Part shown: piece by piece, positions 50,056-58,306 of the stretch
Layout: each line of letters starts with the position of its first letter
Numbering within the stretch: position 1 is the stretch's first letter
Source: Desulfobacterales bacterium
GTDB lineage: Bacteria; Desulfobacterota; Desulfobacteria; Desulfobacterales; UBA5852
Assembly: GCA_963674755.2 (NCBI GenBank)
Contig: CAXXVS010000002.1
Location: 1-64,000, forward strand
DNA length: 64,000 nucleotides
Reading direction: 5' to 3'
Notes under the pieces: generated by a model
What the model saw: the letters and a program-made list of their open reading frames with translations, nothing else
The model's database searches: none
Told to the model about the DNA's origin: nothing
Made by a program: the position numbers and the translations under genes

Positions 50056-51465
50056 TCACTTGAATGCTTGGACCCCTGGACCCTTGGCCCCTCTTTTTTC
50101 CGGTTTCTTTGCCGCCGTGCAATCTTCGACGACCGCCATCAGCATCACGAAATAAACCGCGTTGGCGGGCATCTGCAGGTTGAAGTCGAAGAAGCTGTGG
50201 AAGATCAATGCGGCCAGACCGCTCAGGGCGCCCACGGCCGGGAAGAAGCGCTCGGGGGCGGCGGCCGGGTCCATACGGCCGATCCGCCGCACGCCGACCG
50301 CTATGAACCAGACCAGACCTCCCAGAAGGGCCGCCGCCCCGATCCAGCCGGTTTCCACCACGAGTTGCAGGATGTCGTTGTGCAGGTAGTAGGGCGTGGT
50401 GCCCCCCGGCAGGGAGGTGGTGTGGTAGAGGGGAAAGAGGGGCTTGAAGGCCGCCAGGCCGATGCCCAGAGGATGCTGGGCGATCATGGCCAGGCTGTCG
50501 CGCCACACATCGATGCGCGAGACGTTTTCGCTCAGAGCCAGAAAACGCTCCAGCACCGGATCCACCCCGATCGTTCCGCCATAGAATACGACCCCGCAGG
50601 CCAACAACCCAACCACCAGCCAGACCGCCGCCGGCACCCGCCGACCGCCCGCCCCCAACAGCGCCAGGAAGACGGCCAGCCCCACGAATCCACCCACGAT
50701 TCCGGCCCGGGATTTGGAGAAGAGCAGGGCCAGGGCCATCAGCACCAGGCCCAGCACCATCAGGCCGTGCTGGTGGGGCCGGTCCGATTGCAGCAGGGTC
50801 TTGAAGCTAATTTTTCCGTGCCAGTCGATGCGGGCCAGCAGGAACCCCAGGGACAGGGGGATCATCATCTCCAGGTAGCCGGCAAAGTGGTTGCGGTTGA
50901 TCCAGGTGCCCCGGGCGTTGCCGAGCCCAGCCTTGAGATAATCCACCCATAGGACGCCCAGGTTGGGCACCAGGGCCTGCAACAGGCCGTAGAAGGCTTC
51001 CAGCACCGCCAGAGCGAAGAGCAGCCAGAGGGTCAGCCGCAAGGTCCGCCGGTTGCGGACGTGGCACGCGAGCACCCGGTAGAAAAGGGCCAGCCCCAGC
51101 AGAAAGCCCCACCAAGCCAGAGCGTTCAGCGGGTAGTATCCCAGGCTGTGCCAGGCCGTCGGGGTCCCTGTGAGGGCCCGGGCCTCCTCCAGCAGGGCGA
51201 AGCGCGCCGGGCTTAAAAGCGCCAGCAGTCCGTCCGGCAGGGGCACGCACAAGAGCAGGGTCACCAGGAAGAAAGGGCCCAGGGAGAAATAAAAGGCCTT
51301 TCCCGGTCGCGGCAGATCCTCTGCGGGCACCCCCCACAACATTAACACGAACGCCAGATACATCAGGACCGTATACCCCCCCCACACGAAGGGCTGCACG
51401 GCTGCGAAGAGGATGGGGATGGTGATTAAAATAAAAGGGACAAGGAGTTTGAGAGCGGTCGTCAT
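50056..51465 (-). CDS. O-antigen ligase/Wzy_C family membrane protein
   Basis: Multi-TM; GTWINRNHFAGYL, SKSRAG, HPLGIG, LHNDILQ, HSFFDFNL. Confidence 0.92.
   Translation of the reverse strand: MTTALKLLVPFILITIPILFAAVQPFVWGGYTVLMYLAFVLMLWGVPAEDLPRPGKAFYFSLGPFFLVTLLLCVPLPDGLLALLSPARFALLEEARALTGTPTAWHSLGYYPLNALAWWGFLLGLALFYRVLACHVRNRRTLRLTLWLLFALAVLEAFYGLLQALVPNLGVLWVDYLKAGLGNARGTWINRNHFAGYLEMMIPLSLGFLLARIDWHGKISFKTLLQSDRPHQHGLMVLGLVLMALALLFSKSRAGIVGGFVGLAVFLALLGAGGRRVPAAVWLVVGLLACGVVFYGGTIGVDPVLERFLALSENVSRIDVWRDSLAMIAQHPLGIGLAAFKPLFPLYHTTSLPGGTTPYYLHNDILQLVVETGWIGAAALLGGLVWFIAVGVRRIGRMDPAAAPERFFPAVGALSGLAALIFHSFFDFNLQMPANAVYFVMLMAVVEDCTAAKKPEKRGAKGPGVQAFK
50059..50092. repeat. 8-mer repeat arm right of the remnant, inside the 3' end of the ligase-like gene
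   Basis: CTTGAATG-CTTGGACC-CCTGGACC-CTTGGCCC, reverse-complement family of 49851-49876. Confidence 0.85.
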
Positions 51466-51577
51466 ATGATTGCTGTCGGCGGAATTGGTTGGCAGCCAAC
51501 GGCGGCTATTCCGATGATGTGTGGAATGCTTTTCCGAGCGAAAAGTGGAACGGCTGTGCCGCGGCGCGTCTGGAAGG

Positions 51578-51940
51578 TTAGCCCCGGAAGCGCTTTCGGC
51601 TGATCACGAAGACCACCAGCCCCGCGCCCATGAGCCAGGCGCCGGTGGCCATAGCCCCCGTGTTTTCCTCGGACGCAACGCGGGCGGCGGTGACGTCGCG
51701 GACGCCGGCGTAGGCCATGCCCGTCAGGGATGCCTGGCGCCTATTGTTGTCTTCCGAGAGATCAAGGATGGCGGTTTCTTCGATGAGGCAACCTTTCGCG
51801 AGGTTGGAAACGGCCTGGCGCGTGGCGGGATCCGTCTGGGAATCGGGGCCGTTCCTGAAATACGGTACCGGTTCCGAAGCAAACAAAGGGTGGACCCAAA
51901 TCAGCAGCAGAAATAGGTACGCCAAAGCCGATTTTTTCAC
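51578..51940 (-). CDS. Small exported protein with degenerate PEP-CTERM-like anchor
   Basis: GGAG RBS then GTG; signal peptide MKKSALAYLFLLLIWVHPLFA; tail AWLMGAGLVVFVISRKRFRG. Confidence 0.6.
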   Translation of the reverse strand: MKKSALAYLFLLLIWVHPLFASEPVPYFRNGPDSQTDPATRQAVSNLAKGCLIEETAILDLSEDNNRRQASLTGMAYAGVRDVTAARVASEENTGAMATGAWLMGAGLVVFVISRKRFRG

Positions 51941-52285
51941 GTCGCACTCCATTCCAAATTTTCGGGTGATGCGGGCTTTGGGGGGCACATTAAAAATCGG
52001 GCAGCGTCAGGGGCAGGGGGACGCTGTCCGATCCAAGGTAAATGCTCTGTGGACTCCTACCATCGAAATTTCGGGAAGTCAATGGGGATATGGCAGGATT
52101 GGGCATGAGAAGATATTCTGCCAAAGACTTCCATCGCCGGAATGCTTTTTGATATTACGAAAACACAGCGCTTGGGGGCTATATGCCGTGTATTCGAATC
52201 GCTTCCGAAGCCCGGCATTCAGTGTGTAAAAGAAAAATTTCAAGGTTGAAAACCCTAAATCGCCAAACCGTTGGGCCATTATACC

Positions 52286-53926
52286 CTAAAGCAATAGTCC
52301 CCTCACCGCCACTAGGATAAAAGCGCCGGCCGCCGCCAGGGTCTGTCCGCGCACCTGGCCGCGCAGCTCACCGATCAGCACCTCGTAGCTGAACAAGACG
52401 ACGATGACGCGGGTGGTCACGATGCCCATGTGCATGCTCTGTACGTGGGAATCGGGGATATAGGGTATCGACACGGCCAGGAAGAGGACCAGGAAATCCA
52501 TCGGCGTCACCCGGAACCCCCTGCGGCGGCGAGTGAGTTTGAGCGTCAGGATCACGAAGAAGGTCAGGGCGCCGTGCATGATGTTAAAGAAGTGGCGGAA
52601 GAGGAGCGGCAGGTCGTTTTGCATACCGGACGTGCACTGGAAGACGATGAAGGGCAGGCAGATATAAAGTGAGAAACGCAAGGCGTCGCTCAGGACGGGC
52701 TTGCGGAACACGGCGGCCACCGTCATGGTGATCCCCATGCCCAGGCAGATCACGGCGAAGTAGGTCGGCGGCGATTTCACTAGGAGGCAGAGGGTCCACA
52801 GCAGGGCCGGGGTTATGATCTCGATGGTCTTGAAGGCAACCTTGATCAGGAGGGCCTGCTCCCTGATCTTCCGCAGGCGCCCTTTGATCACCCGGTCCAC
52901 CAGGTCGAAGCGCGGGATCTTCCACCCCATGCGGTCGCTCACGGTGGAGCCCGTGATCACCAGGCAGGCAAAGACCAGATAGAAGGAAAGCAGAAAACCT
53001 TCGGACGCGTAGCGGAAGACGAAGGCGGCTAACACCAGGAAGGCCTGATGCAGGTATACCGCCACCACGGCCTCGCTTTGGTAGAGCCCCAGGCGCATGA
53101 GCTTGTGGTGCAGATGGTTTTTGTCGGCCTTGAAGGGGGATACGCCCCGCAGGATACGCTCCGTCATCACCACCAGGGTATCGATAAAGGGGAAGCCCAG
53201 CAGCACCAGCGGCAGCACCTTGTTCAAACCGTCCACGCTCTGGCTGATCCATATGGACAGGCACATGGCCAGAAAGCCCAGCAGCTGGCTGCCGGTGTCG
53301 CCCATGAAAATCACGGCCGGGTGGGTGTTGTAGCGCAGAAACCCGAAAATGGCCCCGGCCACGGCCACCGAGACGAAGACCGAGAGAATAAGGTTGTGGC
53401 CGTAACTGATGAACCCGATGCAGATGAACATGAGCAGGCTGATGCCGCCCGCTAGGCCGTCCAGCCCGTCCGCCAGGTTGATGGCGTTGGTGGCGGCCAC
53501 GATCAGAAAACAGGTCAGGGGGATGGCGACCATCGGCGGCAGGATCGTGCCCGGGGGCAGCAGGCTGCCCAGGGAGCGCACTTGCAGGTCGCCGAAGATG
53601 ACCACGCACAGGGCCGCCAGAATTTGCCCCGCGAACTTGGGCCGGTAGCCCAGGTTGATGACGTCGTCCAGCAGGGCGAACGCCGCGATGATGCCCGCGC
53701 CCGACAGGAGCGCATGTCCGAACCCGTTCATGGGGGCCCAGAAGATCACCGGCAGCAGGATGCCAGCGGCCATGGCCACCCCTCCCACCCGGGGGATGGG
53801 GTGCAGATGTATCTTGCGCTCGTTCGGCATGTCCACGGCGTTGTAACGCAGGGCCGCCGTCTTGAGCAGCGGGATCAGCGTTACCGTGATGAACAGTGCC
53901 AGCAGGAGTGCGGAGAGGAAAGTCAA
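52286..53926 (-). CDS. WecA/TagO-type (MraY family) undecaprenyl-phosphate sugar-1-phosphate transferase with extra C-terminal TMs
   Basis: PNERKIH, LLDD, NAINLADGLDGLA, FMGDTGS, DKNHLHH. Confidence 0.93.
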   Translation of the reverse strand: MTFLSALLLALFITVTLIPLLKTAALRYNAVDMPNERKIHLHPIPRVGGVAMAAGILLPVIFWAPMNGFGHALLSGAGIIAAFALLDDVINLGYRPKFAGQILAALCVVIFGDLQVRSLGSLLPPGTILPPMVAIPLTCFLIVAATNAINLADGLDGLAGGISLLMFICIGFISYGHNLILSVFVSVAVAGAIFGFLRYNTHPAVIFMGDTGSQLLGFLAMCLSIWISQSVDGLNKVLPLVLLGFPFIDTLVVMTERILRGVSPFKADKNHLHHKLMRLGLYQSEAVVAVYLHQAFLVLAAFVFRYASEGFLLSFYLVFACLVITGSTVSDRMGWKIPRFDLVDRVIKGRLRKIREQALLIKVAFKTIEIITPALLWTLCLLVKSPPTYFAVICLGMGITMTVAAVFRKPVLSDALRFSLYICLPFIVFQCTSGMQNDLPLLFRHFFNIMHGALTFFVILTLKLTRRRRGFRVTPMDFLVLFLAVSIPYIPDSHVQSMHMGIVTTRVIVVLFSYEVLIGELRGQVRGQTLAAAGAFILVAVRGLLL

Positions 53927-53934
53927 GGTGAAAG

Positions 53935-54245
53935 AAGTTTTAAGTGATTAGGTGGTTAGGTAAAAAGGGTTCAAGGGTCCAAGGGGTCGAGGGAACAAGG
54001 GCTCAGGGGAAAAGATCAGGCGATGCTTGATTCTGGTTGCCGGATATCGGATTCCGAATGCTTTTCACTCGACCCCTGGTATCCCCGGAACCTGCCGTTA
54101 GCATTTCACTTGAACCCGCTTACATGAATAACTCCTCAAGTTCTCAGCAAACCGGCCGATAACAAGAAATGGTTTCAGGTTTTGTGGGGTTGGGACTTTA
54201 GGGCTCTTAAACCCCTAAATCTTTAAATTTCTAAATCCTAAAAAT
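53935..54245. repeat. Composite tract with about five periodic repeat families
   Basis: TTTAAGT-GATTAGGT-GGTTAGGT; GGGTTCAA-GGGTCCAA-GGGGTCGA-GGGAACAA-GGGCTCAG; CTTGATT-CTGGTTG-CCGGATA-TCGGATT-CCGAATG; TTAAACCCCTAAATCTTTAAATTTCTAAAT. Confidence 0.88.
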
Positions 54246-54260
54246 TACCGGAACCGCCCC

Positions 54261-54722
54261 GTGAAAATCACCGCCGCAGCGCCCGTCCAACATCCCATCG
54301 CCCTCAACCCCCTGGCCGGATTCGTCTGCACCGGGGTGGCGGTCGTGATCGCCCTGCTGTGCGGCGCACCGGAGGGCATGCTCAAAACATGGGGTGTCGA
54401 CCTGTTGCTGGCCCTGAAGGTGGATACACCGACGGTCTGGCGCTTGGTGTTGGACTCACCCAACCTCTGGCATATGGGGATGTTTGCCGTGCTCACCACA
54501 GGGTTGCTGATTGCCGTTCCGGGCCGGTCCCGCTTGTGCGTCCACACGGCCGTGCTCCTGGGCGTCTTCCTGGAACTCGTCCAGATCGTCGTCCCCAGCC
54601 GCGAAGCCAGCCTGGGCGATATGCTCTTTAATCTGGCGGGGGTGAGTTTGGCGTTCTTTGCCTATACGGGGTTGAAGCGGTTAGGTAAAAAGGGTCCGAG
54701 GATCCAAGGGCTCAAGGACTAA
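54261..54722 (+). CDS. VanZ-family membrane protein, counter-oriented to the locus
   Basis: HMGMFAVL, ELVQIVVPSREASLGDMLFNLAG. Confidence 0.85.
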   Translation: MKITAAAPVQHPIALNPLAGFVCTGVAVVIALLCGAPEGMLKTWGVDLLLALKVDTPTVWRLVLDSPNLWHMGMFAVLTTGLLIAVPGRSRLCVHTAVLLGVFLELVQIVVPSREASLGDMLFNLAGVSLAFFAYTGLKRLGKKGPRIQGLKD

Positions 54723-54940
54723 CGGCGCAACCCGTTAGCCGAGGGTTTTTATCTTTATCGAAATCGATTGTAATTCCAAGCCATCCACCGCAAGGGCGGC
54801 GGAAACTTGAACGCTCAGCAACCATCCGCTTACGAGCTGCTTTTACGGGCTTACCTGCTCAACAGCTGTTTTCCCCTCTGCCCCTGCCGCCAGCATTCCA
54901 TCTGAACCCTTGGCCCCTTGAATCCCCGGACCCTGCCGTT
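54679..54940. repeat. 8-mer inverted-repeat unit homologous to 53954-54099
   Basis: GGTTAGGTAAAAAGGGTCCGA-GGATCCAA-GGGCTCAA ... TGAACCC-TTGGCCCC-TTGAATCC-CCGGACCC-TGCCGTT. Confidence 0.85.
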
Positions 54941-55659
54941 CACACAAACGGACTATATAGTAAAAACCATACAATCTTCACCCATTCCGAAACGACCCAT
55001 TTCACATCCGTCCAGTGGGCGAACCAGGGCCAGTGGGGCGGGTCGTAGGCTGTGGGCAGGTAGGCAAGCTCGTATTCCCCCGGCGGAAACACGTGATCGG
55101 CCATGATCTTGATGCGGCGCATGTGGTAGGGGGCGCTAACCAAAATGGCCCGGGAGGCCCCGATGTGCTTCATGAGGGCCAGCGTCTGGAGCACCTCCAC
55201 GTGCGTGCGTTCCACGAAGCTCTTGTTGAAGTCCATCCGCAGGGCGCGGGCCAGGCGGGCGGTTTTCTCCGGGGTGACCAGGGCTTTGGCGACCCGGGTT
55301 TCGAAAATCTCTCCCTCCCAGGGCACGATGACGAATTTGACCCAGCCCTTGGCCACAAGTTCGTCCACCTGCTGCCGGCGGGCCGCCTCGCCCGGACCCA
55401 GGAACAGCACCGCCGCGTTGGCCTTGATGGGCGGGGTGGCGTAAAGCAGGTAGTCGGGCAGTAAGACCGCAAACAACCAGGCCGCCAGGAGGCCCCCCAG
55501 GGCAGCGCCGACGGTGTAAACGATCATGCGCTGCCGCCGCGTTTTGACAACGCCGCCTCCTCCTGCACTTGGCGTTGCGGGTTCCGGGGCGGGTGTTTCC
55601 GGCGGATCTTGGTGTTTTTGGGGAACGTCTTTCCCCAATGGCGCAAGACCTCGTTTCAT
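54940..55659 (-). CDS. YdcF/DUF218-like protein (start uncertain)
   Basis: One TM, ANAAVLFLG, THVE, ILVSAPYHMRR, SEWVK. Confidence 0.8.
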   Translation of the reverse strand: MKRGLAPLGKDVPQKHQDPPETPAPEPATPSAGGGGVVKTRRQRMIVYTVGAALGGLLAAWLFAVLLPDYLLYATPPIKANAAVLFLGPGEAARRQQVDELVAKGWVKFVIVPWEGEIFETRVAKALVTPEKTARLARALRMDFNKSFVERTHVEVLQTLALMKHIGASRAILVSAPYHMRRIKIMADHVFPPGEYELAYLPTAYDPPHWPWFAHWTDVKWVVSEWVKIVWFLLYSPFV

Positions 55660-55824
55660 AACATCCCGCAAAGACGAGTCATGTTTTTCTTAAATCCCTT
55701 GTTTTTACCGCTCACCTCGAAGGAATAGGGATCGTCCACCGTGAAGTCACCTCTGAGCGGCGCATTAAGGGTGTGCGGGGTGCCCACGTACTCATGAAAA
55801 AAACGCAAACCTTTAACTTTCGCG

Positions 55825-56619
55825 CTAATCGCGCGCTTTTAAAAAATATTGCGGGATTTTGCGTAAAGGTTTTAGCGGTATTGTCCAAGGGTAGGGCTTG
55901 AGACCGTTGACTTCCCAAGCCTTGCGGTCATTGCGATTGGCCGCAAGCCGGGCCTTGAGGGATCTATTGCTGGCGCCGCCCACGCGCATTTTGACCAGGA
56001 CCTCGGGGATGTAGACCGTCTTGATGCGGTGCTTCAGAAGAAACCGCAGCATGATTTCGTAGTCGGCGGCCGTGCCGAGATCCAGGTTGAACAAACCGTG
56101 TTTCTCATAAATAGATCTACGTACAAAAAACGTCGGGTGAGGGGGCATCCACCCCCAATAGAACTTAGTTGGGTTAAAGCTCCCTGATTTCCAGTACCTT
56201 ACAGTTTTATATCCATTTTCTGAATCGCCACTTGAAATGGATGCGCGAGTACATCTGCTGCTGATATATTCCAAATCTCCGTAACAAGCCTCAACCTGGG
56301 GGTTTTTAAAAGCCTGTTTAACGTTCTCAATAATATTGGATTGAGCATAAACGTCATCGGTATTGAGGATACCGATTACATCGCCGCCAGCAAGAGAGAT
56401 ACCTTTGTTCATTGCATCGAAAATACCACTATCCGGTTCTGATACGAGCTTTGTGTTTTTACAATGGAACCTTTCTATAATATCCAGAGTGCTATCATCG
56501 GATTTTCCGTCGATAATGATATGCTCGACAACAATTGATTGTCCTTCAATGCTTTTAAGGCAGTCTTCAATGGTTTTCTCTGAATTGAAGGCTGGGGATA
56601 TGATAGAGAACGATGTCAA
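55825..56619 (-). CDS. GT2 glycosyltransferase (WcaE-like)
   Basis: SIISPAFN, IDGKSDD, SEPDSGIFDAMNKG, LNTDD, MPPHPTFF, AADYE. Confidence 0.93.
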   Translation of the reverse strand: MTSFSIISPAFNSEKTIEDCLKSIEGQSIVVEHIIIDGKSDDSTLDIIERFHCKNTKLVSEPDSGIFDAMNKGISLAGGDVIGILNTDDVYAQSNIIENVKQAFKNPQVEACYGDLEYISSRCTRASISSGDSENGYKTVRYWKSGSFNPTKFYWGWMPPHPTFFVRRSIYEKHGLFNLDLGTAADYEIMLRFLLKHRIKTVYIPEVLVKMRVGGASNRSLKARLAANRNDRKAWEVNGLKPYPWTIPLKPLRKIPQYFLKARD

Positions 56620-56771
56620 TCAGATTCAAATGATGCGAGGCGAATGGATTATCGGTTATTCAGAAAGAGATCAAACAGGTAACATGAACGGCGACCACCG
56701 CTTGAGTTCGGATTGTAGTATTCGGTAATGAAACAGATTTTCAATAGTTTGTTCCCCTGGCAGGTGTCCGT

Positions 56772-57680
56772 CTACGAACTTTGCGTCACATCTATTTTGA
56801 GGACGTGAGAGATTGCCTGGGCAGCATCTGAGCCGGTGTTCTGCATATATCGCTTCACCTCAACAACCTTGGCATCCACCAAATAGCGATACCAAAATCC
56901 CTGAAGAAAATGGAAAGCCGTCCCGGCCTGACCATCGAGAAAACCAAGTCGCAGAAAATACCGGTAAAAAAAATAGGCAAAGGCACGAATCCCGCCGGGC
57001 AGATGGGCGTAAACCGACTCTTTTATCCAGCGCTTCATAGCCGCCTGGGAACCGGTTCGCAATCCGGCAACGCTGTCATGTGGCATGAAACCATATTCAA
57101 GATTGAGCAGATCGACAGCCTCGCGGCTGGCGTATTTGTTATGTTTGTCGGTCCACCAGGTGAGCGAATTCAGATTGTCGTCGATCATCTCGCCGGCGAA
57201 ATCGACCGTTGGGCCGGCTACCTTGATGTGCTCGTCCATCCACCGGTTTTCGCACTGGCCACGACCATTACGGAACAGACGCAGCACACGCACGGGAAAC
57301 ACGCCGCCATGCCGAATCAAGCGGCCTTGAAAGGTCATGCGCCGCCCCCAATACACCCCGTCGATTTCCGGGCCGATGTTTGGTAACCTTTCGTGGATTT
57401 CCGCCACCAACTCCGGGGTGAGCACTTCGTCGGCATCGATCCGCAACACCCAATCGGTAGCAGGTTCAAGCTGGGTCAACGCCCAATTGAATTGACTGGC
57501 ATGGTTGACCCACCCACGCTGAATAACACAGGCTCCTTGGGTACGGGCAATGTCGAGGGTTGCGTCGGTGGAATAGCAGTCAGCCACCACGATCTTGGTG
57601 GCGATATCCTGAAGGCTCGCTATACAGCGGGCAAGATGCTGCTCTTCGTTAAAGGTGAGGATGATGGCGACGACGTTCAT
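56772..57680 (-). CDS. GT2 glycosyltransferase
   Basis: ILTFNEE, DCYSTD, IDADE, MDEH; ATGA overlap with the upstream stop fixes the start at 57680. Confidence 0.93.
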   Translation of the reverse strand: MNVVAIILTFNEEQHLARCIASLQDIATKIVVADCYSTDATLDIARTQGACVIQRGWVNHASQFNWALTQLEPATDWVLRIDADEVLTPELVAEIHERLPNIGPEIDGVYWGRRMTFQGRLIRHGGVFPVRVLRLFRNGRGQCENRWMDEHIKVAGPTVDFAGEMIDDNLNSLTWWTDKHNKYASREAVDLLNLEYGFMPHDSVAGLRTGSQAAMKRWIKESVYAHLPGGIRAFAYFFYRYFLRLGFLDGQAGTAFHFLQGFWYRYLVDAKVVEVKRYMQNTGSDAAQAISHVLKIDVTQSS

Positions 57681-58306
57681 GGTTTGCAGGTGATGGCGAT
57701 CATCGACTTCGCCAATGCGGGTATGCGACCCACACGCTCGAAGCGAATATCGACAAAATCGGCCTCTTCCAGTAACTCGGTCAAGGTAGTGATCGACCAG
57801 AACTTGATATGTCCGTGATCCCAAAGCGCGGTGAAATGCTTATCCATCTTTCCTGTGAGCGCCAATGCCAAGTTCTTCCAGTACCCGTGAAAAGGGGTTG
57901 ACAAAATCACCGCCCCCCCCCCGCAGAGCAGGTCGAAAATTGTTCGCGCATACTGCCGCGGCGCATACAGATGTTCAACGATCTCCAGACTCAGCACTAC
58001 GGGAAACTGCCCATATTCTGCCGCCAAATCGTCATAGGCCGAGCCCTGCCGGAGCTTAAGTTCGGAATAAGCGGCTTGCGCCTGAGCGATCCCCTCGGAC
58101 GAAACATCCATGCCCGTGATATCCCAACCTCGCTGGCGGAGCGCATTCGCCACGCTTCCATTGCCGCAACCCAACTCGAATAAAACTTTATCCCCTCTAT
58201 CCAGATTCAGTGCATCAAGTGACTGAATTACAGTTGGCAGCAACCATCCATGCGACTGGTTCAACCCTGAACTATCATAACGATAGCCGGTGATATCTGT
58301 GGTCAT
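57677..58306 (-). CDS. Class I SAM-dependent methyltransferase (UbiG-like)
   Basis: FELGCGNG, GMDVS, EIVEH, STPFHGY; ATGA coupling at 58303-58306. Confidence 0.9.
   Translation of the reverse strand: MTTDITGYRYDSSGLNQSHGWLLPTVIQSLDALNLDRGDKVLFELGCGNGSVANALRQRGWDITGMDVSSEGIAQAQAAYSELKLRQGSAYDDLAAEYGQFPVVLSLEIVEHLYAPRQYARTIFDLLCGGGAVILSTPFHGYWKNLALALTGKMDKHFTALWDHGHIKFWSITTLTELLEEADFVDIRFERVGRIPALAKSMIAITCKP

Noticed and set aside
56620..56771. Faint 7-mer repeats (GGATTATCGGTTATTC, GTATTCGGTAATG)
   Set aside because: Too few and too degenerate to call confidently, although they could be an eroded scar.
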